64,000 bases of DNA from an uncultured Actinomycetes bacterium (GTDB lineage: Bacteria > Actinomycetota > Acidimicrobiia > IMCC26256 > DASPTH01). This document shows positions 16,745 to 25,725 of the stretch, one piece after another. The position numbers and the translations under genes are program-made. The stretch is taken from assembly GCA_963726965.1 (NCBI GenBank), contig CAVSEI010000011.1:441915-505914 (forward strand), read 5' to 3'. The first letter of the stretch is position 1, and the number at the start of each line of letters is the position of its first letter. The notes beneath the pieces were generated by a model. It was not told the origin of the DNA. It saw nothing but the letters and a program-made list of their open reading frames with translations, and searched no databases.

Positions 16745-17665
16745 GTGACCACCGAGCACCAACGCCCCGGGCTTCCCCTGGTTGCGGTGGCGTTGGCGGT
16801 GTTCGCGTGGGGTTTCGGGCCACTGTTCGTCAAGGGAATCGACGCGCCGGTCGCGACGATCGTGTTCTGGCGGGTGTTGCTTGCGATCCCGGTGGCGGTC
16901 GTGGTCGCGTACCTGACCGGTGGGCGCATCGACCTGCGATTGCTCCGTGGCGCGTTCCCGACGTCGATCTGCTTCGCGTTGAGCTTCATCTTCGGCTTTG
17001 CATCGTTCCAACAGACCTCGATCGTCAACGCCACTTTGATCCCGGCCCTCCAGCCCGCCTTGATCCTCGTGGTGGCGGCGCGCCTCTTCGGCGAGCGCAG
17101 GACCCGGACCGACATCGCGTTCGCCGGGATTGCGTTCCTGGGCGTGGTGGCGGTGGTGGCCGGTGCGAGTGCCGACGGCGCCACGTTCCACGGCAACCTC
17201 CTCGCGGTCGCCAACCTCCTCGTGTTCACCGGGTACTTCCTGCTCGCCAAGCGCGCCCGTGACGGCAACGTCCACGCGTGGTCATTTCTCGCGGCCGTGT
17301 TCATCGACACCGCCGTGATCGTCGTCCCCTGGGCGGTGCTCACGTCGGGTGATCTCGGAGCCATCCACGGCTCCGACTGGCTGTTGTTGGTCGGACTGGT
17401 GTTGCTGCCGGGCATGGTGGGCCACGGGCTCATGACGTGGGCCCACCACTACCTCGACGTCACCCTCACCTCGATGATGACGCTGGCGAACCCGGTCGTC
17501 TCGATCATCGGCGCCTGGATCATCTATTCGCAGACACTGGCCGCGCTCCAGATCGCGGGCGCGGTGGTCGTCCTCGTCTCCCTCGGCGCGATCCTGCGCC
17601 GTCAACGCGCCGACCGCGCGCTGGCGGCCGAGGCCGCGTTGACCGGCGACCTGCTCGACGAATAG
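16745..17665 (+). CDS. EamA/DMT-family transporter
   Basis: GTG 16745 lies within ORF 16406..17665. The protein has about 10 hydrophobic segments with two EamA-like halves (VAVALAVFAWGFGPLFVKG...; GNLLAVANLLVFTGYFLLAKRA...). It is divergent from the LLM gene. Confidence 0.75.
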   Translation: MTTEHQRPGLPLVAVALAVFAWGFGPLFVKGIDAPVATIVFWRVLLAIPVAVVVAYLTGGRIDLRLLRGAFPTSICFALSFIFGFASFQQTSIVNATLIPALQPALILVVAARLFGERRTRTDIAFAGIAFLGVVAVVAGASADGATFHGNLLAVANLLVFTGYFLLAKRARDGNVHAWSFLAAVFIDTAVIVVPWAVLTSGDLGAIHGSDWLLLVGLVLLPGMVGHGLMTWAHHYLDVTLTSMMTLANPVVSIIGAWIIYSQTLAALQIAGAVVVLVSLGAILRRQRADRALAAEAALTGDLLDE

Positions 17666-17694
17666 GACGAAGAACGGGACAGGAGCAGGCGGGG

Positions 17695-18843
17695 TTACAG
17701 GCGCTCGATGATGGTGACGTTGGCCTGACCGCCGCCCTCGCACATGGTCTGCAGACCGTAACGACCACCCGTGCGCTCGAGCTCGTTGAGCAAGGTCGTC
17801 ATCAGACGCGCGCCGGTGGCGCCGAGTGGGTGACCGAGCGCGATCGCACCACCGTTCACGTTCACCTTGGCGAGGTCGAAGCCGGTTTCCTTCTGCCACG
17901 CGAGCACGACCGACGCGAACGCCTCGTTGATCTCGACGAGATCGATGTCGTCGACGCCCATGCCGGTCTTCTGGAACGCGTACTCGGTGGCCGGGATCGG
18001 CGCGCTGAGCATCATGACCGGATCGTCGGCGCGGACACTCATGTGGTGGATGCGGGCACGCGGCGTGAGACCGTGGTCCTTCACCGCTTGCTCACCGGCG
18101 ATCAGGATCGCGGCCGACGCATCGCTGATCTGGCTCGACACCGCCGCGGTCAGACGGCCGCCTTCGATGAGCGTCGGGAGGGACCGGATCTTGTCCCAGT
18201 TGGGCTCGCGCGGTCCTTCGTCGAAGGTGCAGTCGCCGAGCGGCACGATCTCGCGCTCGAATCGTCCTTCGGTGCGTGCGCGCAGTGCACGCTCGTGCGA
18301 CTCGACCGCGAACTGTTCCATGTCGTCGCGGGAGATGTCCCACTTCTCGGCGATCATCTCGGCACCGCGGAACTGCGACACCTCCTGGTCGCCGTAGCGC
18401 GCCTGCCAGCCCGGTGAGTTGGAGAACGGCGTCTCGTGCCCGTAGGCCTGCCCGGCGACCATCGCGCTCATGATCGGGATCTGACTCATGTTCTGCACAC
18501 CACCCGCGACGACGAGGTCCATCGTCCCGGACATCACCGCCTGCGCGGCGAAGTGGACGGCCTGCTGCGCGGAACCACACTGTCGGTCGACGGTGGTGCC
18601 GGGCACGTGCTCCGGGAATCCGGTGACGAGCCAACACGTGCGGGCGATGTCCCCCGCGTTCGGGCCGATGCTGTCGACGTTGCCGAAGACGACGTCGTCG
18701 ACCGCGGCCGGGTCGATGCCGGCCCGCTCGACGAGCGCCTTGATGGAGTGCCCACCGAGGTCGGCCGGGTGCACCTGGGAGAGGCCACCACCCCTGCGCC
18801 CGACGGGGGTGCGGACTGCTTCGACGATGTAGGCCTCGGCCAT
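17695..18843 (-). CDS. acetyl-CoA C-acyltransferase (degradative thiolase)
   Basis: ATG 18843 lies within ORF 17695..18984. The sequence reads MAEAYIVEAVRTPVGRRGG...VDRQCGSAQQAV (nucleophile Cys)...NEAFASV...GGAIALGHPLGATGARL...CEGGGQANVTIIERL. Confidence 0.9.
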   Translation of the reverse strand: MAEAYIVEAVRTPVGRRGGGLSQVHPADLGGHSIKALVERAGIDPAAVDDVVFGNVDSIGPNAGDIARTCWLVTGFPEHVPGTTVDRQCGSAQQAVHFAAQAVMSGTMDLVVAGGVQNMSQIPIMSAMVAGQAYGHETPFSNSPGWQARYGDQEVSQFRGAEMIAEKWDISRDDMEQFAVESHERALRARTEGRFEREIVPLGDCTFDEGPREPNWDKIRSLPTLIEGGRLTAAVSSQISDASAAILIAGEQAVKDHGLTPRARIHHMSVRADDPVMMLSAPIPATEYAFQKTGMGVDDIDLVEINEAFASVVLAWQKETGFDLAKVNVNGGAIALGHPLGATGARLMTTLLNELERTGGRYGLQTMCEGGGQANVTIIERL

Positions 18844-18860
18844 ACCAATCACCAATCTCT

Positions 18861-20063
18861 CTAGATGGTCACGATCACGGATGACCCATGTCCGAACAAA
18901 CCCTGGTTGGCGGTGATTCCCACCCGCGCGCCCTCGACCTGGCGACCCTCGGCCTGGCCCCGGAGTTGCCAGGTGACTTCGCACACCTGGGCGATGGCCT
19001 GCGCCGGGATCGCCTCGCCGAAACAGGCGAGCCCGCCGCTCGGGTTGACGGGGATGCGGCCGCCGAGTTCGGTGGCGCCCGACCGGAGCAGGGCCTCCGC
19101 CTCGCCTTCACCGCAGAGCCCGATGTTCTCGTACCAGTCGAGCTCGAGTGCCGTGGAGAGGTCGTAGACCTCGGCCAGGCTGAGGTCCTCGGGCCCGATG
19201 CCGGCTTCGTCGTAGGCGGCACCCGCGATCGAGTCCTTGAAGGTGCGCTCCGGCGGCGCGACCGCCGCGCTCGAGTCGGTGGCGAAGTCAGGGAGCTCGA
19301 GCACGGTCTGGGGGTAGCGCGGCGTCACCGTGGAGACGGCCTTGACGCGCGGCACGCCGTCGGTGTTCCCGAGCGTGCTCCGGGCGAAGTCCATGCTCGA
19401 CACGATCAGCGCGGCGGCGCCGTCGGACGTCGCGCAGATGTCGAGGAGCCGGAGGGGATCGGCGACGACGGGGCTGTTCACGACGTCGTCGACGGTGTTC
19501 TCCTTGCGGAACCGGGCGTTCGGATTGTTCAGGCCGTGGTGCGAGTTCTTGACCTTCACCCGCGCGAAGTCTTCGGTCGTCGCGCCGTAGACGTCCATAC
19601 GGCGTCGGGCGTAGAGCGCGAAGTAGACCGGGTTGGTCGCACCGAGCAGGTGGAAGCGCAGCCAGTCGGGATCGGTCCTGCGTTCGCCGCCGACCGGGGC
19701 GAAGAAGCCCTTCGGAGTGGTGTCGGCGCCGATGACCAGCGCGACATCGCAGTACCCGGCGAGGATCTGCGCGCGGGCCTGGTGAAGCGCCTGTGCACCG
19801 GACGCGCACGCGGCGTAGCTCGACGACACGCGCACGCCGGTCCATCCGAGCTTCTGGGCGAAGGTCGCGCCGGCGATGAATCCGGGGTAGCCGTTGCGGA
19901 TGGTGTCGGCGCCCGCGACGTACTGGATGTCGCGCCACGCCAACCCGGCGTCGGCGAGCGCGGCGCGCGCCGCGACCATGCCGTACTCGGTGAAGTCACG
20001 GCCCCACTTGCCCCAGGGGTGCATCCCCACCCCGAGGATGGCGACGTCGCGTTCCGCGCTCAC
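18861..20063 (-). CDS. SCP-x/Ltp-type thiolase-like protein
   Basis: GTG 20063 overlaps the DUF35 stop (GTGA) within ORF 18861..20426. The sequence reads VSAERDVAILGVGMHPWGKW...SSSYAACASGAQALHQA...NPSGGLACFGEAIPAQ. Confidence 0.85.
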   Translation of the reverse strand: MSAERDVAILGVGMHPWGKWGRDFTEYGMVAARAALADAGLAWRDIQYVAGADTIRNGYPGFIAGATFAQKLGWTGVRVSSSYAACASGAQALHQARAQILAGYCDVALVIGADTTPKGFFAPVGGERRTDPDWLRFHLLGATNPVYFALYARRRMDVYGATTEDFARVKVKNSHHGLNNPNARFRKENTVDDVVNSPVVADPLRLLDICATSDGAAALIVSSMDFARSTLGNTDGVPRVKAVSTVTPRYPQTVLELPDFATDSSAAVAPPERTFKDSIAGAAYDEAGIGPEDLSLAEVYDLSTALELDWYENIGLCGEGEAEALLRSGATELGGRIPVNPSGGLACFGEAIPAQAIAQVCEVTWQLRGQAEGRQVEGARVGITANQGLFGHGSSVIVTI

Positions 20064-20509
20064 GGCGCCGCCGGTGTCGCCGGTGCCCAGACGTAGACGA
20101 GGTACTCGTGCTCGTCGTCGCGGTAGAGCGCATCGACCTCGAGCTGCATCTCCATGCCGACGTGCAACTCGTCGGCCCGTACCCCCTTGGCGACCTGGCC
20201 CAGGACGACGATGCCCTCCTCGGTCAGCTCGACCGCGGCGAGCGCGTACGGCTCGAACGGCTCGGCAGCGACGTAGGGCGGGGGCGGCGCGTAGTGGTTC
20301 TCGGTGTACGACCACACCGTGCCCCGCCGCGAGAGCTCGGTCGGCTCGAGCGTGTCCGAGTCGCACTCCGGGTTCGGGCAGGCATCGGCGCGGGGCGGGA
20401 ACACGATGGTCGTGCACCGGGGGCACCTGGCGCCGATGAGCCGGGGCTCATTGGCGTCGGTCGTGAACCAGCCCTCGACGGCAGGGACGCGCGTTACGGT
20501 TTCTGACAC
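20060..20509 (-). CDS. DUF35 protein (zinc-ribbon plus OB-fold, acyl-CoA-associated)
   Basis: Full ORF of 149 aa. It has a four-Cys ribbon (GARCPRCTTIVFPPRADACPNPEC) followed by an OB-fold (GTVWSYTENHY...YALAAVELTEEGIVVLGQV). Confidence 0.85.
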   Translation of the reverse strand: MSETVTRVPAVEGWFTTDANEPRLIGARCPRCTTIVFPPRADACPNPECDSDTLEPTELSRRGTVWSYTENHYAPPPPYVAAEPFEPYALAAVELTEEGIVVLGQVAKGVRADELHVGMEMQLEVDALYRDDEHEYLVYVWAPATPAAP

Positions 20510-20517
20510 CCAGTCAG
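20503..20517. promoter_or_regulatory. palindromic operator-like site CTGACA-CCC-AGTCAG (site 4 of 7, degenerate inner positions)
   Basis: The site TCTGACACCCAGTCAGA overlaps the GTG start (20509) of the DUF35-Ltp-thiolase operon. It lies in the short divergent gap to amidase start 20544. Confidence 0.5.
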
Positions 20518-20543
20518 ACTAGGTCGAGCGAGGAGCATGCGCC

Positions 20544-21936
20544 GTGGTGGACGACAGCACAGCGACGCGCTCGGCAGTGGACCTCGCGACCTCCATTCGA
20601 GCCGGTGAGCTGTCGAGCCGAGAGCTGCTCGAGCTCTACCTGGACCGGATCGCCCGGCTCGACCGCGACGTCAACGCGGTCGTCACGCTCGATGCCGACC
20701 GCGCCCGGGTCGCAGCCGACGCGGCGGATGCCGCGGTTGCACGCGGCGACGAGCTCGGCGTGCTGCACGGGCTCCCGGTGACCATCAAGGACGCCATCGA
20801 GACGGAGGGGATCCGCTCGACGGGAGGCGCGGTGAGCTCGTGGATCACGTTCCGGCCGCCGACGCGCCGGCCGTCGCTCGACTCAAGGACGCCGGGGCGA
20901 TCGTGTTCGGCAAGACCAACTTGCCGCGTTGGTCGGGCGACTTCCAGACGTTCAACGACATCTTCGGCGTCACCAGCAACCCGTGGGACCGCACCCGCAC
21001 GGTCGGCGGTTCCTCGGGGGGTGCGGCCGCGGCGGTGGCCGCCGGATTCACCAGCTTCGAGGTGGGGACCGACATCGGTGGCTCGGTGCGCATCCCGTCG
21101 CACTGCTGCGGCGTGTTCGGTCTGAAGCCGAGCTACGGCGTGATCCCCCAGCGCGGGTACCTCGACCACATCGGTGGCGGCACCGTCGACGTCGACATCA
21201 ACGTGTTCGGCCCGATCGCGCGCAGCGCCGACGACCTCGAGCTGTTGCTCGGTGTGCTCGCCGGTCCCGAGCCGGAGCGCGCCGGCGCGTGGCAGCTCGA
21301 GCTCCCACCGAGTGACGCGCGAGCGCTGGCCGACTTCCGCATCGGCACGTGGCTCGGCGATCCGGCGGCACCGGTCGATGCCGAGTACCTCGAGCTGCTG
21401 CGCGCCGCAGTCGATCGCCTCGCCGACGCCGGCGCGCGCGTCGACGACGATCGACCGCCCGTCGATTTCGCCGCGCAGCGCGAGCTCTTCGTGCGCATGA
21501 TCGTGCCGGCGATGTCTCCGAGCCTCCCCGAGGAGCAGGCCGACGCGTCGTCGGGATCGCACCTCGCCTGGTTGCGGGCGGAAGAGGAGCGCGTCGTGCT
21601 GCGACGGACGTGGGCGGAGTGGTTCACCGGCCACGACCTGCTGCTCCTCCCGGTGATGACCGTCCCCGCGTTCCCTCACGACCACGACCCCGACATGTTC
21701 GGTCGTACGATCGAGGTCAACGGCGAACGCGCGCGCTGGTCAGCACCATCGACTGGCTCGGGCTCGTCGGGATCGTCGGGCTGCCGTCGGCGGTGGTCCC
21801 GATCGGCCGGACCGCCGGAGGACTCCCGGTGGGCATGCAGATCGTCGCGCCGTACCTCCACGACCGCCGGGCGGTCCGGGCCGCCCAGCTGGTCGAAGCG
21901 GTGCTCGGCGGTTACACCCCGCCGCCCGGCTTCTAA
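20544..21936 (+). pseudogene. amidase (amidase-signature family), two apparent frameshifts
   Basis: The gene runs through three frames. ORF 20544..21125 gives MVDDSTATRSAVDLATSIRAGELSSRELLELYLDRI...LHGLPVTIKDAIETEGIRSTGGA. ORF 20840..21979 gives VDHVPAADAPAVARLKDAGAIVFGKTNLP...GGSSGGAAAAVAAGFTSFEVGTDIGGSVRIPS. ORF 21349..21936 gives ALVSTIDWLGLVGIVGLPSAVVPIGRTAGGLPVGMQIVAP. The frames join near 20830-20836 and near 21728-21736 in a (GC)n run. Confidence 0.8.
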
Positions 21937-21975
21937 TGTGGAGTCATTGACCGCGGTGAGCGGGGGAGGACACCC

Positions 21976-23211
21976 ATGAATCCCGACGACCGTTACGTCG
22001 TCATCTCGGCCGACTGCCACGGGGGCGGCGAGATCCACGAGTACCGCGATTTTCTCGCGAGTCGGTACCACGACGAGTTCGACGCCTGGGTCGACGGCTA
22101 CCAGATCATGTTCCCCGACCTGCTCGGTGACCTCGGGAAGCGCAACTGGGACTCCGACCGTCGCCAGCGTGACCTCGAGGCCGACGGCATCGCGGCCGAG
22201 GTCATCTTCCCCAACACCATCCCGCCGTTCTTCCCCGGCGGCGCGCTCGTCACCCAGGTGGCTCCGACCGACGCGCACGACCACGAGCTCAGGTGGGCAG
22301 GATTGCAGGCGCACAACCGCTGGCTCGCCGACTTCTGCGCGCGGGAGCCCGGGCGCCGGGCCGGTGTCGCGCAGATCATGCTGCACGACGTCGACGCGTC
22401 GATCGAGGAGATCCGCTGGGCGAAGGAGCACGGTCTCACCGGTGGCGTACTCCTGCCGGGCGCGCCTCCCGGTACCGGGCTGTTGCCGCTGCACCACCGG
22501 CACTACGACCCGATCTGGACAGTGTGCGAAGAGCTCGGCATGCCCGTGAACCACCACGGTGGGAGCGCGGGTCCGCCGCGCGGCGCGGAGCAGGAAGACA
22601 TCGTGATGTTCCTGCTCGAAGTCACGTGGTGGTCGCACAACGTGCTCACCAACCTCATCGTCGGCGGCGCGCTCGACCGTCACCCCGATCTGCAGTTCGT
22701 GTTCACCGAGCAGGGCACCGCATGGGTGCCCGAGTTTCTCGGTTCCCTCGACTACTTCTTCGACCGCATGCGCAACGCGGTCGGTTCGCAGGAGCGGGAG
22801 TGGGGATTGCCGATCGTCGAGAAGATGTCGTTGGTGCCCAGCGAGTACTGGGCGCGCCAGTGCCACATCGGCGCGAGCTTCATCCGCCCGTCCGAGGTGC
22901 CGATCCGCGACGCGGTCGGCGTCGACCGGATCATGTGGGGGAGCGACTACCCGCACAAGGAGTCGAGCCACCCGTTCTCGCGGGAGGCGATCCGGCTGAG
23001 CTTCGCGGGCGTCGACCCGGTCGAGGTGCAGATGATGCTGGCCGGGAATGCCGCCGCGCTGTACGGCTTCGATCTCGACGCGCTGCGGCCGATCGGTGCC
23101 AGAATCGGTCCGGTGGTCGGCGAGGTGGCGGAACCGCTGCTCCGCGCCGACTTCCCCGACGGTTCGCAGAAATGCCCGGCGTTCGCGGATCCCGCGTTCG
23201 CCTCGCTCTGA
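21976..23211 (+). CDS. amidohydrolase_2 (ACMSD/LigW-type metal-dependent hydrolase/decarboxylase) family protein
   Basis: Full ORF of 411 aa. The sequence reads YVVISADCHGG...DLEADGIAAEVIFPN...MWGSDYPHKESSHP. It is a paralog of 39961, 51150 and 54136. Confidence 0.85.
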   Translation: MNPDDRYVVISADCHGGGEIHEYRDFLASRYHDEFDAWVDGYQIMFPDLLGDLGKRNWDSDRRQRDLEADGIAAEVIFPNTIPPFFPGGALVTQVAPTDAHDHELRWAGLQAHNRWLADFCAREPGRRAGVAQIMLHDVDASIEEIRWAKEHGLTGGVLLPGAPPGTGLLPLHHRHYDPIWTVCEELGMPVNHHGGSAGPPRGAEQEDIVMFLLEVTWWSHNVLTNLIVGGALDRHPDLQFVFTEQGTAWVPEFLGSLDYFFDRMRNAVGSQEREWGLPIVEKMSLVPSEYWARQCHIGASFIRPSEVPIRDAVGVDRIMWGSDYPHKESSHPFSREAIRLSFAGVDPVEVQMMLAGNAAALYGFDLDALRPIGARIGPVVGEVAEPLLRADFPDGSQKCPAFADPAFASL

Positions 23212-23231
23212 ACTCGAACTGAGGAGGCCGC

Positions 23232-24456
23232 ATGTCGGTCGATGTACGGACTCGCGTGGACGGGGAGATCGAGCCCTTCGATCCGACCCGTTGCCTCGAA
23301 CATGATCTGCCCGCTGCGTTCGAACGCCATCGCGAGCTCCTGCGAGCGCGCGGTCGACGCGTTCGCGCCTGCGCCCCTCGTGCTCGAGGTTGACGGCCGT
23401 GCGTGGAGTCTCGTCGCCCAGGGTGGAATGGTGCGCGTTGCAGCAGGTGCATGCGACGACCCGGGCGCGGTGCTGCGGCTCACCGGAGACGGCCTCGGCG
23501 ATCTGGTGAACGACCAGGTGACGGTCGTGGGTCTGCAGACGAACGGGACCCTCGACCAGCCCGTCGGCCGCTTCGACACGCTGCTGGACTGGTGGTTGTT
23601 GCTGCGGGGTGCGTTGGACGCGCGCGCTCCACACGTCGCCGGCGACATCGACCTCGTCGACGCCGGCGGCGCGCCGCTCGACCTCGGTCGAGCCTTCCCG
23701 GCCGACGCACCACTCGACGAGATGGGCGACTTCCTCCAGCGCGCCGGGTTCCTCCACCTCGAAGGTGTGTTCACCGAAGACGAGATGGCGGCGGTCTCCC
23801 TCGACATGGATCGCGCGGCACCCACCTACACGCCCACCGACGGTCGCTCCTGGTGGGCCCGGAATGCCGATGGAGAACAGCTGCTCGTCCGCATGCAGTA
23901 CTTCGACGACGTGTCTCCTGCGGTCGAACGCCTGGTGCGCGACGATCGACTGCAACGCCTCGCCGCGCTGACCGGCGACGGCCACGTGTACGGCAGCATG
24001 GAGGACAACCGCATCGAGGCATTGTTCAAGCCGTTCAACGTGGTCGAGGGGATCTCCGACCTCCCCTGGCACAAGGACTGCGCGCTCGGCCGCCACAGCT
24101 ATGACTGCTGTGGAATGACGGTCGGCATCTCGGTGACCGGTGCCGACGCGCGCTCCGGACAGCTGCGCGCGGTGGCGGGTTCGCACCGCGCGCTCATGTG
24201 GCCGTCCGACCACCGCGAGCACCGGTCCGACCTCCCTGCGGTCGACCTCCCGACCCGCACCGGTGACATCACGGTGCACCTGTCGTGCACGTTGCACAAG
24301 TCGCAGCCGCCCGTCGAACGTGAGCGACGCGTGCTCTACACCGGCTTTCGCCTGCCGATGCGCGGGACGGACGCGGAACGTGAAGCACGCGAGCGACTCC
24401 GCGCCATTCGCGAAGACGCGCCGGTGAAAGCGCCGACCGCGCAGCACACCGCCTGA
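23232..24456 (+). pseudogene. phytanoyl-CoA dioxygenase (PhyH) family Fe(II)/2-oxoglutarate oxygenase with an N-terminal SCP2-like domain; one apparent frameshift near the 5' end
   Basis: ATG 23232 is preceded by GAGGAGG and gives MSVDVRTRVDGEIEPFDPTRCLEHDLPAAFERHRELLRA. The frame changes in a (GC)n run near 23346-23352 into ORF 23242..24456. That ORF gives PLVLEVDGRAWSLVAQGG...AVLRLTGDGLGDLVNDQVTVVGLQTNG (SCP2-like), then LPWHKDCALGRHSY...GDITVHLSCTLHKSQPP (PhyH-like). Confidence 0.7.
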
Positions 24457-24555
24457 CCCCGCTCCCCCCCCCACCACTCCGAACATCTCGGACTTGGAGT
24501 GCGCATTTGACACCCAACCCCGAGATGTTCGGGGTGGGGTTCGGGGTGGGGAGGG
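24457..24555 (+). repeat. long imperfect palindrome (C-rich arm / 13-bp perfect inverted repeat / G-rich arm); the G-rich arm is a G-quadruplex-type motif
   Basis: CCGAACATCTCGG (24479..24491) and CCGAGATGTTCGG (24520..24532) are perfect reverse complements separated by 28 nt. Flanking CCCCGCTCCCCCCCCCACCACT (24457..24478) is largely complementary to GGTGGGGTTCGGGGTGGGGAGGG (24533..24555). GGGG-T-GGGG-TTC-GGGG-T-GGGG spans 24531..24551. Confidence 0.7.
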
Positions 24556-24570
24556 TACCGTTCCCCACCG

Positions 24571-25725
24571 ATGGATCTGCGGTACACACCTGAGCAGGAC
24601 GCGTTCCGGGCCGAGGCGCGAGCCTGGCTGGAGGCGAACGTTCCCGCCGCGCCGCTCCCGAGCTTCGACACCGCGGAAGGGTTCGCGCTCCACCGGGAGT
24701 GGGAGCGCACGCTGGCCGAAGGTCGCTGGTCGGCGGTCTCGTGGCCCGAGGAGTACGGCGGGCGTGGCGCCGACTACCTCCACTGGCTGATCTTCGAAGA
24801 GGAGTACTACCGCGCCGGCGCGCCCGGCCGGGTGAACCAGAACGGCATCTTCCTCCTCGGTCCCACCATCATGGAAGTGGGTACCCCCGAACAGAAGGCC
24901 CGGTTCCTGCCCACCATGGCGTCGAGCGAGATCGTCTGGGCGCAGGCGTGGAGCGAGCCCAACGCCGGGTCCGACCTGGCGGCCATCCGCTCGACCGGCG
25001 TGCACAGCGACGACGGCACCGAGTGGGTGCTCAATGGCCAGAAGATCTGGGCATCACGGGCGGTGTGGGCCGACTGGTGCTTCGGCATCTTCCGGACCGA
25101 TCCCGACGCCGAGCGACATCGCGGTCTGACGTTCGTCCTGGTTCCCCTGGACCTTCCCGGCGTGACCGTCCGTCCGATCGCACAGCTCGACGGCGACACC
25201 GGATTCGCCGAGATCTTCTTCGACGACGTCCACGTCCCCGTGGAGAACACGTTGGGTGAGGTGAACCAGGGCTGGCGGGTTGCGATGGCCACCGCGGGCT
25301 TCGAACGCGGCGTCAGCCTGCGCAGCCCGGCGCGGTTCAGCGCCGCAGCCGACCGCTTGGTCGACCTGTGGCGCGAGTACGCCGACCCGTCGGACACCGC
25401 GCTGCGCGACGCGGTCGTCGACGCGTGGATGCAGGCCGAGGGATACCGGTTGCACACCTACATGACCGTCACCCACATGATCGACGGCGGCACCATCGGT
25501 GCCGAGGCGAGCCTCAACAAGATCTTCTGGAGCGAGATGGATGTGCGTATCCACGAGCTCGCGTTGGAGATCATCGGACCCGAGGCCGAGCGCATGAGCG
25601 GATCGCTCGAACGCTGGGTCGACGGATTCCTGTTCTCGTTGTCGGGACCGATCTACGCGGGGACGAACGAGATCCAGCGCAACATCATCGCCGACCGGGT
25701 GCTCCAACTCCCGCGGGGTGCGTGA
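24571..25725 (+). CDS. acyl-CoA dehydrogenase (long partner of an adjacent pair)
   Basis: Full ORF of 384 aa. The sequence reads MDLRYTPEQDAFRAEARAWLEANVP...WPEEYGGRGADYLHWLIFEEE...WSEPNAGSDLAAIRSTG...IYAGTNEIQRNIIADRVLQLP. Confidence 0.9.
   Translation: MDLRYTPEQDAFRAEARAWLEANVPAAPLPSFDTAEGFALHREWERTLAEGRWSAVSWPEEYGGRGADYLHWLIFEEEYYRAGAPGRVNQNGIFLLGPTIMEVGTPEQKARFLPTMASSEIVWAQAWSEPNAGSDLAAIRSTGVHSDDGTEWVLNGQKIWASRAVWADWCFGIFRTDPDAERHRGLTFVLVPLDLPGVTVRPIAQLDGDTGFAEIFFDDVHVPVENTLGEVNQGWRVAMATAGFERGVSLRSPARFSAAADRLVDLWREYADPSDTALRDAVVDAWMQAEGYRLHTYMTVTHMIDGGTIGAEASLNKIFWSEMDVRIHELALEIIGPEAERMSGSLERWVDGFLFSLSGPIYAGTNEIQRNIIADRVLQLPRGA

Noticed and set aside
21676-25005. A 1109-aa ORF on the minus strand, the longest in the track.
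   Set aside because: It lies antisense to four well-supported plus-strand genes (amidase end, amidohydrolase_2, PhyH, ACAD). Its translation is Arg/Gly/Pro/Val-rich low-complexity sequence with no family motifs. This is the typical stop-codon-poor shadow ORF of a high-GC genome.
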